Part shown: in pieces, positions 36,826 through 56,112 of the stretch
Numbering within the stretch: position 1 is the stretch's first letter
Layout of the letters: every line of letters begins with the position of its first letter
Assembly: GCF_032062105.1 (NCBI RefSeq)
Contig: NW_026935642.1
Location: forward strand, 186,001-250,000
Length of the DNA stretch: 64,000 bases
Direction: 5' to 3'
Origin: Saccostrea cucullata
Lineage: Eukaryota
Program-made: the position numbers and the translations under genes
The notes under the pieces: generated by a model
Told to the model about the DNA's origin: nothing
The model's database searches: none
Seen by the model: only the letters and a program-made list of their open reading frames with translations

Positions 36826-38881
36826 AACCAACAAAAGTAAATCCAAATTTTAAAAGGCTATAGTGTGTCTATCTTTGCCAAAAAGGGGGGCTATGCCCCA
36901 TAGCCCACATCCCCTGTTTCGACGCTTATGGGCGAAAATAACCTTGTATACAGTAGCTGGTGCCAGCTAGGGCTTTCATACTTAATTCATATGGGTATAT
37001 TCATTGTGACAAGACTTAATTTTCAATGAGTATAAATATTTTTTAACTTTTGATCTTAAAGTGTGACCCACTTTAAAAAAAAAATAATCCTGGCCAAAAC
37101 TTATGAACAATTATTATACTAGGGCTTTCATATTTCACAAAATGTGTTTGTGAAACTCTATTATAGCCCTGTATGGCAAGCTCTAAGGCCAAGATATGAA
37201 AAAATGTTGTTACACAAAGAAAGGTCTTGATATATAAGCCTAAGCACCAACTATTCAAAGGTTATGGCCATGGTTAAAGCTGTAGAAATTTGGGTAAATT
37301 TCCAAATTCAAGGTCAAAGGGACAAGCTCCAAGGTCAAGAGGTCAACCCAAAAGAAAGGTACTCTTGTCACAAGGAATATATACAAAGGTGAAATGTGAA
37401 ATCCATGTTTTTAACCAATCAAAACTGTTAGTTTAGAGGAAAAACAAGACATTGGTACCCAATGGAAGGCCTTTTCACAAGGAATACATATAAATAGTAT
37501 TACAATGTAATAATTTTGACCAAAAAAAAAAAAACACCTTTAACCTTGCACATAACTACTTTTGAACATTAAGACCTAATTAGGTGCAGACATCAGATTT
37601 TTTTTCTCCTGCAGAAAGAAATTATAGGCTGAATGAAATAAAACTTAGGGACTCACTTGCCAATTGCTATTCATTTCTATTTGAACAACTGGATTGGATG
37701 GGGTAAGTAAAAGTATCCTGCAATCATTTGAAAATCCTGGAATTCAATGTTATTAAGGGAAATCATTTTTCTTAAGACTAACTGACTTTAACCAGCACTC
37801 CTCAAATGAAATTAGGGATGACAAAAAGACACTTGATCTTGGGTGGCCATTTTTCTGGCTGAATTGTTCATAAAATACTATTAAAATTAAATTTCTAATA
37901 AGAACTTTCATTTGTGTAGTTTTCAAGAACATCCATACATTATACATGTGATTGCTACACAAAACTTGTAACTTGCTTTCATGGTTCCTTCTCATAAAAA
38001 AAAGCTTGAATACATGAATCATATACCAAGTATTATTGTACTGAACATTTGTTCGGGAAGTTTGAACAAATAACATTTGACATTTGACATATATGAATAT
38101 AAAAATAAAAGACTGAAGTCATATTTAAAAAATTCCTTTCTTTGTGTAGCACGATCATGGAATGTTTTCACAACAGTTTTATATTTATCATATACATGTA
38201 TATGTATATAATCATGATAATAATACACAATACACATAAAAATACAAAGTACATTTGTAAATCCAAAAGTGTTCTTAGAGATTCTTAAAAAAGTATATAA
38301 ATAACATTTACAAATGTACTTTACAATATGGCTATGCAGAAAAAATGAGTTCACAACTTTCTTTACAACCAAGTATATTGTACATGAAGATGCTATGAAA
38401 TGAAAAATCTGTGTGAGGTAATACAATCGATCAACAAAAAATGAAGGAGGCAACACATGAACCAACACACAAACAGAATAAATATGGCACAGAAAAGGCT
38501 AAGTACAGTGTACATATTTTACATGTAGACTCAGTATCCAGTATAGTTCAGTGGTTAAAATATTACACAATTATATAATAACCTATTATATAAAATATTA
38601 CACAATTATATAATAAACTATTATATAAAATATTACACTTGTAAGTAGGTACTATTATGCAAAAATTATGAAAGACTTCTAGCAGCTTATATAGTTAAAC
38701 CACCCAAAGTTATAGTTTATATTGTATAAAATAAGTAAAAAAAATAATATTGTTTCATTCCTGAAATTTAAAATGAAAAATCTATACAAATAAATGTGAG
38801 CATATAAGCCTCATTAATTTTACCGACATCTAGTTGATGTTTAATCTCATTTTCAAACATATTTTTAAATTTATCGCCTCA

Positions 38882-41800
38882 TCAAAAGTTTACAAGATTT
38901 TCCATTTTAATGACCCATGCCCATTGACAAGGCATCTTGTTTACAGGCAAGACGGGAAATTGAATATTCAAAACATAGGACTCGTATGACCATTTTAATG
39001 GATTTTCCACACCAATCATAGTGATCTTTGTGTTGGCCATGGTGCGAGGTCTCCCCAGATAGAGAAGGTTGTTCTCTGGCCAGAAAGTAACGATGGCATA
39101 GACAGCCTTCTCCTGTGTCCTTGTGGTGTACCTGAAACAAAAAATCATCGCATGCTGTGAAAATAAAATGAATCATGGAATGTATTTTTATGACAGTCTC
39201 ACATATTAAGAGACTAATGAATTGTTTTATAATCAAGAATGTATACGGTACATTTTCTACGAAGCATTTAACTGAATATGTAGTTATAGAGCCTAGGGTA
39301 CATGGGTCAGGAATACACAATTAAAACTATATTTTAAATCCATTTAAATAGTAGGAGGAAAACAAAGAACTTCCAAGAAGTCTTGATCAAATGATATCTT
39401 TTTAGCTGAGTAAGATATGAACACTATTGAAAACACCACCTCCTATGACAACAGATTTTACAGTGTCCACTCATCTTCACTCACCAGACTCCCTGAATGG
39501 TAACATTATCACTGTGTTCAATCCAGGGCCGGGTTTCATAAATGGCCTCCCCATTGACCTTGAGCCACTGACCCATTTGTCGGAGTCTCTCTTCAAAAAC
39601 AGGAATGATAACTCCATCAGCCGTGGGTCCAACATTGATCAGGATATTCCCACCCTTACTACAAATGAATGAAATAAATTCAGTGTGAAATAATATATCA
39701 AGTATCTTGTATTCTTTAAAAAAAAATATACAAACCTTATAAATAACTAGAACTGTCCAATAGGGACAAATACCCCCCGCTGGGTTTTTCAGAGAAGGTG
39801 CCAATTCAAAAATACTTTATGGATCTAGAGGTGTTCACAATTTACTTACAAAAAATTTGCAGTGAAATATAATTGCTCATCATGTTTCTTAATGAATGAA
39901 ACAAAGGTGCAACCAAACGAAACATCAATACTAATACATTGTAATTCCATTGTAACATTATTTTTTTTATTTAATTTTATTTCATTAAAGAAATATATTG
40001 CAATTAAGTGTTATGTCACTCTGCAAACTGATTGTTGAAAAAAATCATATTATACAAAATCAAATTAATCTTGATAACTTTATATCAAATTCATTTGAAA
40101 ATAAAGAGCTGGTCATCCAGTAATGAAGTGCTTTGACAGACAATAAATTACAATTAAGAGAATAAGAGAAGAGAGATCTTTAATTCTTGTGCCTGATTCC
40201 CAGGAGATTACACATGGTTGATAATAAGATGCCTTAATGTTCAACTTCCCACACCAAACCCATTAATTTATCTTTAACTGGATGCATGTCCAGTCATTAT
40301 TCCCAAGAGATAAATAAAATTACATTATCTTCTGTGCAATGTAAAAACTGTTTTTAACACTTGATGATGTTTCTTTTTTTAAAGTTTATATGAGTAGTTT
40401 TAAGCTGTAGTATTTTTGTACAGATATTCTAGATTCTATGTCTCAAACCTTATACATGAGCCCAAAATGAACAAGTCAATTAAAATAAAAAAATAAAACC
40501 TGTAAAATGCAAAAAAATGAACAAAAAGAGTTGAAAATTCCAATTGCACGCCTTCATATGGTGAATAATAAGTGTACAAATTTTCAGATTAATCCTTGCA
40601 ATAGTTTCTGAGAAATGGTCCGGACAAAACCACAAAATAAAAATGAAAAAAACACCTGTAAAATTCAAAATAATAATCGAATCAAGATGAAAATATCAGG
40701 TGCACAACTTCATATGGTGAATAATATTTGTACAAGTTTTCAGACAAATCCTTCCAATAGTTTCTGAGTAATGGTCCGGACAAAATCTCGTCTACAGACA
40801 GACGGACATGGTGATTCCAATATACCCCCCCTAAACTTCATTTGCGGGGGGTATAATAAAAGGAACATTTTATCTTCTAAAAATAAAATTAACAGTCATT
40901 TTCACTGCATTCCAACATGTGTGTTTACCTAACCGTTTCTGCGATTTCAGCCAGTAATTCTTCTATTGTCATTACATCCTTTATATCCAATTTCCTTCTG
41001 TGAGTCCATGCTCTTTTGTCAACAGTCATACAGTTCTCCCATTTATGTTTTATGATCTTCCCTGGATAGATATCAAGAATACATTTCTGTGACTAAATTG
41101 ACCTTAAACAATGTACCGGGGTACTGTAATCACTAATGTAAAGATATCAATAATTAAGTTCATTGTGGAACAAGTAACCTGAATGACACATAATCCCTGG
41201 GGCCCATTTTACTAAAGAACTTACAACTAAGACCAAAACTTTATTCTGTTTATAACTTTACAATTAACATTTTAATAATTGAAAATGGTTTGAATCTTTT
41301 TACAAAGGAATGTAAAAAGATGTTTAACAATAGCAATTTTAAACGAAATGATTTATTCTGCAAAATTTTTCAATCTACTAATTTTTTTGGTCTTATTCGT
41401 AAGTTCTTTTTTAACAGGCCCCAGAATTAAAGCTGTTCTGTATGAAAACTGACTTAAATACTTCAAAGATCTTGTAACATATTACATCACAGTGAAGGAT
41501 TCAAGATGTATTTACCAGAGGCTCGTTTTACAAAAAGTCATAAATCGTAAGTCTTAAATTTTCCAATCAGAAGACATATCATAGGACTATTCAATGCACT
41601 TGTCCTAACTGCATGTCATAACTCCTAAATCATAACTTTCCTTGTAAGTCATATTCATATTGAAAATCTTTCAGGTGTGGAAGTGTGAAAATAAAGTTGG
41701 ATACCGTGTGAAACCAAATGATGGATACTTTCATTTACCATAGTATCAATGACTTATGGAACAACTTTGAGACAAAACCTAGGACTTGAGAAAGCCTCTA

Positions 41801-44800
41801 AGTGGTCGTAGACTTGGAACAGTGAAAGTTACTCCATTTGATATACATACCAGGCTTGTATCTGTCGTTACATTACAGTGAGGGAATCTACATGATATAC
41901 ATACCAGGCTTGTATCTGTTATTATTTTACATTGTAGGATTCTACATGATATACATACCAGGCTTGTATCTGTCATTACATTACAGTGTAGGAATCTACA
42001 TGATATACATACCAGGCTTGTATCTGTCGTTACATTACAGTGTAGGATTCTACATGATATACATACCAGGCTTGTATCTGTCATTACATTACAGTGTAGG
42101 ATTCTTCATGATATACATACCAGGCTTGTATCTGTCATTACATTACATTGTAGGATTCTACATGATATACATAACAGGCTTGTATCTGTCATTACATTAC
42201 ATTACATTGTAGGATTCTACATGATATACATACCAGGCTTGTATCTGTCATTACATTACATTACAGTGTAGGAATCTACATGATATACATAACAGGCTTG
42301 TATCTGGCATTACATTACATTGTAGGCATAATATGAAAATACCAGGCTTGTATCTGTCATTACATTACATTAGCGTTGTATTGTAAATAAAAATACCGGC
42401 TTGTAACTGTCATTACATTACATTACAGTGTAAATTTACATGATATACATACCAGGCTTGTATTTTATGTACATTACATTACAGTGTAGGATTAAAACTA
42501 ATATTTTCATAATATGCACAAATATTTTTTTTACACACCAGGCTTGTATCTGTCATTACAGTTCCAGTGTAAGATTCTACAGGGTGTGAAATAAATCCAG
42601 GCTTGTATCGCCTGCCCATTACATTTACATTTCACATTCTACATGATATACATACCAGGCTTGTATCTTTCATTACATTACAGTGTAGGATTCTACATGA
42701 TATACATACCAGGCTTGTACCTGTCGTTACATTACAGTGTAGGAATCTACATGATATACATACCAGGCTTGTATCTGTCATTACATTACAGTGTAGGAAT
42801 CTACATGATATACATACCAGGCTTGTATCTGTCATTACATTACATTACAGTGTAGGATTCTACATGATATACATACCAGGCTTGTATCTGTCATTACATT
42901 ACAGTGTAGGAATCTACATGATATACATACCAGGCTTGTATCTGTCGTTACATTACAGTGTAGGAATCTACATGATATACATACCAGGCTTGTATCTGTC
43001 GTTACATTACAGTGTAGGATTCTACATGATATACATACCAGGCTTGTATCTGTCATTACATTACAGTGTAGGAATCTACATGATATACATACCAGGCTTG
43101 TATCTGTCATTACAATACAGTGTAGGAATCTACATGATATACATACCAGGCTTGTATCTGTCATTACATTACATTACAGTGTAGGAATCTACATGATATA
43201 CATACCAGGCTTGTATCTGTTGTTACATTACATTGTAGGAATCTACATGATATACATACCAGGCTTGTATCTGTCATTACAATACAGTGTAGGAATCTAC
43301 ATGATATACATACCAGGCTTGTATCTGTCGTTACATTACAGTGTAGGAATCTACATGATATACATACCAGGCTTGTATCTGTCATTATATTACATTACAG
43401 TGTAGGATTCTACATGATATACAAACCAGGCTTTTATCTGTCATTACATTACATTACAGTGTAGGAATCTACATGATATACATACCAGGCTTGTACCTGT
43501 TGTTACATTACAGTGTAAGATTCTACATGATTTACATACCAGGCTTGTATCTGTCGTTACATTACAGTGTAGGATTCTACATGATATACATACCAGGCTT
43601 GTATCTGTCATTACATTACAGTGTAGGATTCTACATGATATACATACCAGGCTTGTATCTGTCATTACATTACAGTGTAGGATTCTACATGATATACATA
43701 CCAGGCTTGTATCTGTCGTTACATTACAGTGTAAGATTCTACATGATATACATACCAGGCTTGTATCTGTTGTTACATTACAGTGTAGGATTCTACATGA
43801 TATACATACCAGGCTTGTACCTGTTGTTACATTACAGTGTAATATTCTACATGATATACATACCAGGCTTGTATCTGTCGTTACATTACAGTGTAAGAAT
43901 CTACATGATTTACATACCAGGCTTGTATCTGTCGTTACATTACAGTGTAGGATTCTACATGATATACATACCAGGCTTGTATCTGTCGTTACATTACAGT
44001 GTAGGATTCTACATGATATACATACCAGGCTTGTATCTGTCGTTACATTACAGTGTAAGATTCTACATGATATACATACCAGGCTTGTATCTGTCGTTAC
44101 ATTACAGTGTAAGATTCTACATGATTTACATACCAGGCTTGTATCTGTCGTTACATTACAGTGTAAGATTCTACATGATATACATACCAGGCTTGTATCT
44201 GTCGTTACAGTTCCAGAATCCACCGTGGTGACACCGAGCATCCTTCCCCCATCTGTCATTTACCACCACTGAGTCCTTTACAGGGCTTAAATTAATACAA
44301 CAAAAAAAACTTTCAAACAGAAAAAATCCTAAATATTAATATTGAAATTCACTTAAAAGCAAGATCCAGCATGGATGTAGAGGTAATATTTATTTCCTAT
44401 ATAGCTTGTAACATGAGCTTTGATTGGTTAATACAGAGTTGGGTGTAAATTTCCGTGCACCCGACTTGAGCTGGGGGAATAAATAAAACCTGATGTCACA
44501 ATGCATACTTTCTCTCTGATAAAAACCAAATAACATGACATCACGATGCATTGTAGTACATAGTTATCTTATCGATAGATTGAGACACAGTTGATTAGAC
44601 TGATGTTTACAAAGAATTTTTTTGGGCACGTAGGAAATAAATTCGTTATCCAGGTCCAATCAAGGGTGTACAAGGATTTACCCGGGGTTGTATTCCATAC
44701 ACCCTTCGGACTCAGGGTGTATATATGGAATAAAACCTGGGATAAATCCCAGTACACCCTTTTGACTCAGAACCTGCATAACTAATAATGGACAGCAAAC

Positions 44801-45997
44801 TATGGTTATGATAATAAATTTATACTTTGTTTATAAAATAAGTTCTTCGTTGAGAATTTAAAAAGTAATGTACCTGTCATTGTACAGCCAGGCCAGGAAC
44901 TCTGTAGCATTCCAGTATGTACTGTTTTCATTCCAGTCTCCATCTGACCAGACAACCTCAGGTTTATATCTGTTGACAAGCTCATACAGCTCAGGTAAGG
45001 CCTTAGTCTACAAAACACAAACTTAATGTGGTCAGGTTTATATCTGTTTACAAGCTCGTACAACTCATTAGCAAGACAAAATTTTAGCTCCACTCAATAC
45101 CTTTTAATTTTATTCAGTTCTTTGTTAGACTTACCCTGACATAGTTCTGTGTTTTGTATTTGTTGGCCACATCTTGAAGATACACAGGATTATAGAACTC
45201 AAAGAGAGAATGGTAAACTCCAAAGTGAATGTCTGTCCTGTTCCTTATAGAGTCTGCCAGGGCACCTGTTAAAGAAATTAGTTTTGTCAGAAATGTATTT
45301 TTTACAATTTTAATTAATTTTTTTTGACATAACTGAAAATAATTGTTCAATTTCTTTTTTTTTATCAAACCATAAGTGGTTAAGTGTTGACATTTATTTT
45401 TGTTACCAACAAGGTCCCTGTGTGGTCCCACATCATAAGCATTCCAATTCCAAGAGACAGATGACGGCCAAAGTGTGAACCCTTCATGATGCTTTGTCAC
45501 CAGTACGACATACCTGCATGACAATATTAATATTGTTAAACAAATTAGCAGAGAAGTTATAAAAGGATTTTATACATTACAAATCATTTTCAGCGAAATT
45601 ACACAATCTTGGCAAAACTGGTACAATTATATACATGTAGTAAAATCTCTACTAACTTTGCACCCGACGCCTGGAAGATATCAGCCCAGATGTCAGGATC
45701 ATAAAATGTGGCATGGAATTCAGGGGCAAAATCAGCATAAGTAAAATCAGGAGGATAGTTGTCTTTCATAAATTTCAATACGGCTGGGTCTTTGTTCGTT
45801 TTCCATTCAAACCAAAACCAAGCGTTTTCAAATGCAGGTACAGAGAAAACGCCCCAGTGAAGAAAGATTCCGATTTTTGATTTGTCATACCAATCTGGTA
45901 ATGGTCTAGAGTCTATTGATTTCCAGTTCGGTTCATATTTTATCGAAATCGCTACATAGAAATGAATGAATACGATGAAAATTATAGAAGACTTCAT
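38882..45997 (-). CDS. FUCA: Alpha-L-fucosidase (GH29), paralogue B
   Basis: Exons 45997-45657, 45513-45407, 45265-45135, 45007-44874, 44285-44188, 41061-40929, 39658-39485, 39131-38882. Internal exon sizes (107,131,134,98,133,174) are identical to paralogue A, with the same catalytic motifs. An upstream in-frame ATG lies at 46045. Confidence 0.93.
39746..40857 (-). mobile_element. HINE/Helentron-like element in FUCA-B intron 6
   Basis: Termini aactagaactgtccaatagggacaaataccccccgc and tataccccccc...gcggggggtataataaa with (caga/cgga) microsatellite; internal duplicated block. Confidence 0.65.
41197..41424. mobile_element. MITE
   Basis: ctggggcccattttactaaagaacttacaactaagaccaaaa / ttttggtcttattcgtaagttcttttttaacaggccccag. 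Confidence 0.7.
41840..44210. repeat. 54-bp minisatellite (~43 units) made of the FUCA-B exon 5 3' end plus its splice donor
   Basis: Sense (-) unit tgtaacgacagatacaagcctg|GTATGTatatcatgtagaatcctacactgtaa; the first unit is the real exon end (CNDRYKP). Confidence 0.97.
44430..44790. mobile_element. Hairpin-ended non-autonomous repeat in FUCA-B intron 4
   Basis: aagggtgtac..ggattta.ccggggttgtattccat.../...atggaataaaacctgggataaatcccagtacaccctt stem. Confidence 0.5.
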
Positions 45998-48371
45998 TTC
46001 TGTCCACCAGCTCTTTTGTTTCACATGATCTACTTTCACTTTCATCCAAGTCCGATAACTCTATCAGATTTGTCCTCACTGAAGAAATCTACATTTATGT
46101 GAACTGAAATACGTCAATATTCTATGCTTTCAAAACACCTTGTGGTTTTGAATTCGTTATTTAAATTATTTTAATCATTCTTGATGAACAGTTGTAATTG
46201 ATGAAAGATACAGCTTGTGTCTATTTTTTTTTCTCATATTCAAAATCTAGAGGAAGAAGGAAGAAATAAATTGTTCAGATGACAATTTTATTTATTTTCA
46301 CAAAATACATGCTTGCTGCACAAATCCATATAATACATGTAACACAATTCACAGAAAAAATAGATATTTTTCGTATTTCAGAGACATGCACACTTTATTT
46401 CTGACAACTAATTGCAATACGAATAACAATTAATCATTTTATAAGCATAAAATTTCAAGTGTTAAAAAATCATGAGGGAGATTGTAATAAATGATAGATT
46501 TTAAATCTGATTTATCATGTATAATCATGATAATGTTAAGTTGATTCAACAATGGCCTCTATACACGATAACAGGTTTCAACATCACAGGGAATTGATAA
46601 CATAATTAAGTCTATATATATCACTGACAACACTAGTTATATGTCATTGTACTTCATAAAATTGTGCATACAACACTGAATCTTCAAATCTTAAACAGTA
46701 CCTCAGAAAGTCTCTTTCTTGAACCCCCCCCCCCCCAAACAGGTAACAATAAATTAAGAAGGCACATTAAGCCAGATCTGTAGTTCCAACCAAAATTGTT
46801 GTTCTAATTTCAATACCTTAAAAATAACAAGTTCAACTGCCAATAGCAAAAAGGACATTTAAGCTTCACAACTTTCTTGAAATAAAATCACATCAGCAGA
46901 AATGTGTGAACCCCATCATAACTTTATTTCTGAAACTTATTGCCCCTAGATCAATCCATCCTTTGAAATAGACTGATTCAAACCTAAGACTCAATGCTTC
47001 AAATACAGATAGTTTGGAATGTACAATGTAGTTCTTAAAAATACATGCAGGTGTTGTACTACAGACTCTTTCAATAATGTATATGCTATAAATACATGTT
47101 TTTTTTTCTTTTCTTTTCTTTTAATAAATTACAAAATTAAGAATGAGTTTGCCCAACATATTGGTACATGTATGTACTTTTAATACATCTTAGTTCTTGT
47201 CTGGTCCTTACCCTTTAGGGCAGCGTATGAGTTGAATGACTCTACAACTTAATTTACAACTGTCTATAATACAATTGTAATATTTAATTGAAATTATATT
47301 AGTTCTTCAATATCTGAAGTTACATACATATACATGTACAACATATGAAATGCACATTTAATTCATTTCAATATTTTTGAAATTTTGAGTTAAAATACAA
47401 CTGGTAAATATATTCGTTATTATTTACTCAATGCCCAGTACCTGCTTTGAAGATGGTACATTTGGAGTAAGTGAGCTTTACAGAACTGACCTGTTTATTT
47501 GGGATCCCTGATTATTTTTCCTGATTTGATGCATAGGGAAGAGGAAAATAACCCTGAGTAGATGGTAAATGTGAATTCATTTCACAACATAACCTTTACA
47601 AATTTTAAACACCTACACATGTACATAAAAGAAACACAGCACAAAAATGTTTCTTCATATTCATTCTATAAATTAACAAATACACATCATTTATCAATAA
47701 ATTTTTATATATATTATAGGAAATTTGGAAAATAACATGACTTAGTTATGACTTCGTTAGTATAATACATGTACTTTAAAAACTGTAATTGCAATGTAAG
47801 CACAATCAGAAATATTTGATAAATCAAAAACATGATAGTATAATAATATTTAGTTATCACTACTCCTCCTCTGATATTGTTCATAAAATATTGTTTTCCA
47901 ATTCCTCGAATAATAAATTAAGTTGCCTATGTATAAAGGTCTATAAGTGTACACACTGAAAATACATGTTAGGATGGAATGTTCACAAGATATATTTCAT
48001 GAAGTTCCACTTGAATTTGATATGAAGGATGGCATACATATCTAAATAAGTACTACATTATATATTTGATTCTAGATTTTTTTTGTTGTCACACATATCC
48101 TTGATTTGTTTAAAACAGATTAGTGTAATATCATTCAATTTCCTGTAATTTTTACTGGAACCATTGATAATCACGGATGCCCTTAAAACAGATGACTTTA
48201 AGATTAATTTGAGGTGGACGGAAATATTTTTTTCGTATCTAATGTCACCGCTTTCTAAAAATTAATCTTAAAAATCCATTAGAGAGATGGATTTCAACAT
48301 AAATACAGATCTAGTTAATAAATACAGATCTCAACTGTTATAAATTATATACATGTATATCTTTCTTATTC

Positions 48372-55741
<7,370 letters not shown>

Positions 55742-56112
55742 CTTTGATCACACCAATGATCTTTCGTTCACTTCCCTTTCGCGGGAACAACACACACAAA
55801 AAGCCGAAACAGAGGCGCGTCTATCATCGAAGATTTGACGTCACAACTTGTGAGAAAAGTAGGCCGTCTCAAAACTTATTTTTTTCAAATAGCATTAAAG
55901 CTAAGTTGAAGCTAAATAATTATCATATTTCTCATTATATAGGAACTTTATTAATGGATATTGTATTCAAAGTGAAAACAAATGTTCTAAGCGTCTTATT
56001 TCGACAAAAACAACAATTTCTTTCAAGAATTATTCGTACAAGTTGTTTATTATTACTCGTGATCATATAAAGTCACATGACAACCATATGACTCTACTTT
56101 CAACTTGAAAAA
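55742..56112. promoter_or_regulatory. Bidirectional promoter between SUZ12 and PLBD1
   Basis: Start codons are ~370 bp apart, head-to-head. E2F-like tttcgcgggaa at 55777-55787, CRE tgacgtca at 55836-55843, CLEAR-like gtcacatgac at 56072-56081. Confidence 0.7.

Noticed and set aside
38557-38638. ~2.5 copies of a ~36-bp AT-rich repeat in the FUCA-B 3' region
   Set aside because: Ordinary low-complexity slippage; no further structure.
41779-44259. Long repetitive ORFs ([17 protein letters not shown] / [16 protein letters not shown] repeats, up to 271 aa)
   Set aside because: By-products of a 54-bp (3n) minisatellite. They are open on both strands, broken by 5-bp indel variants, and out of frame with the fucosidase exon.
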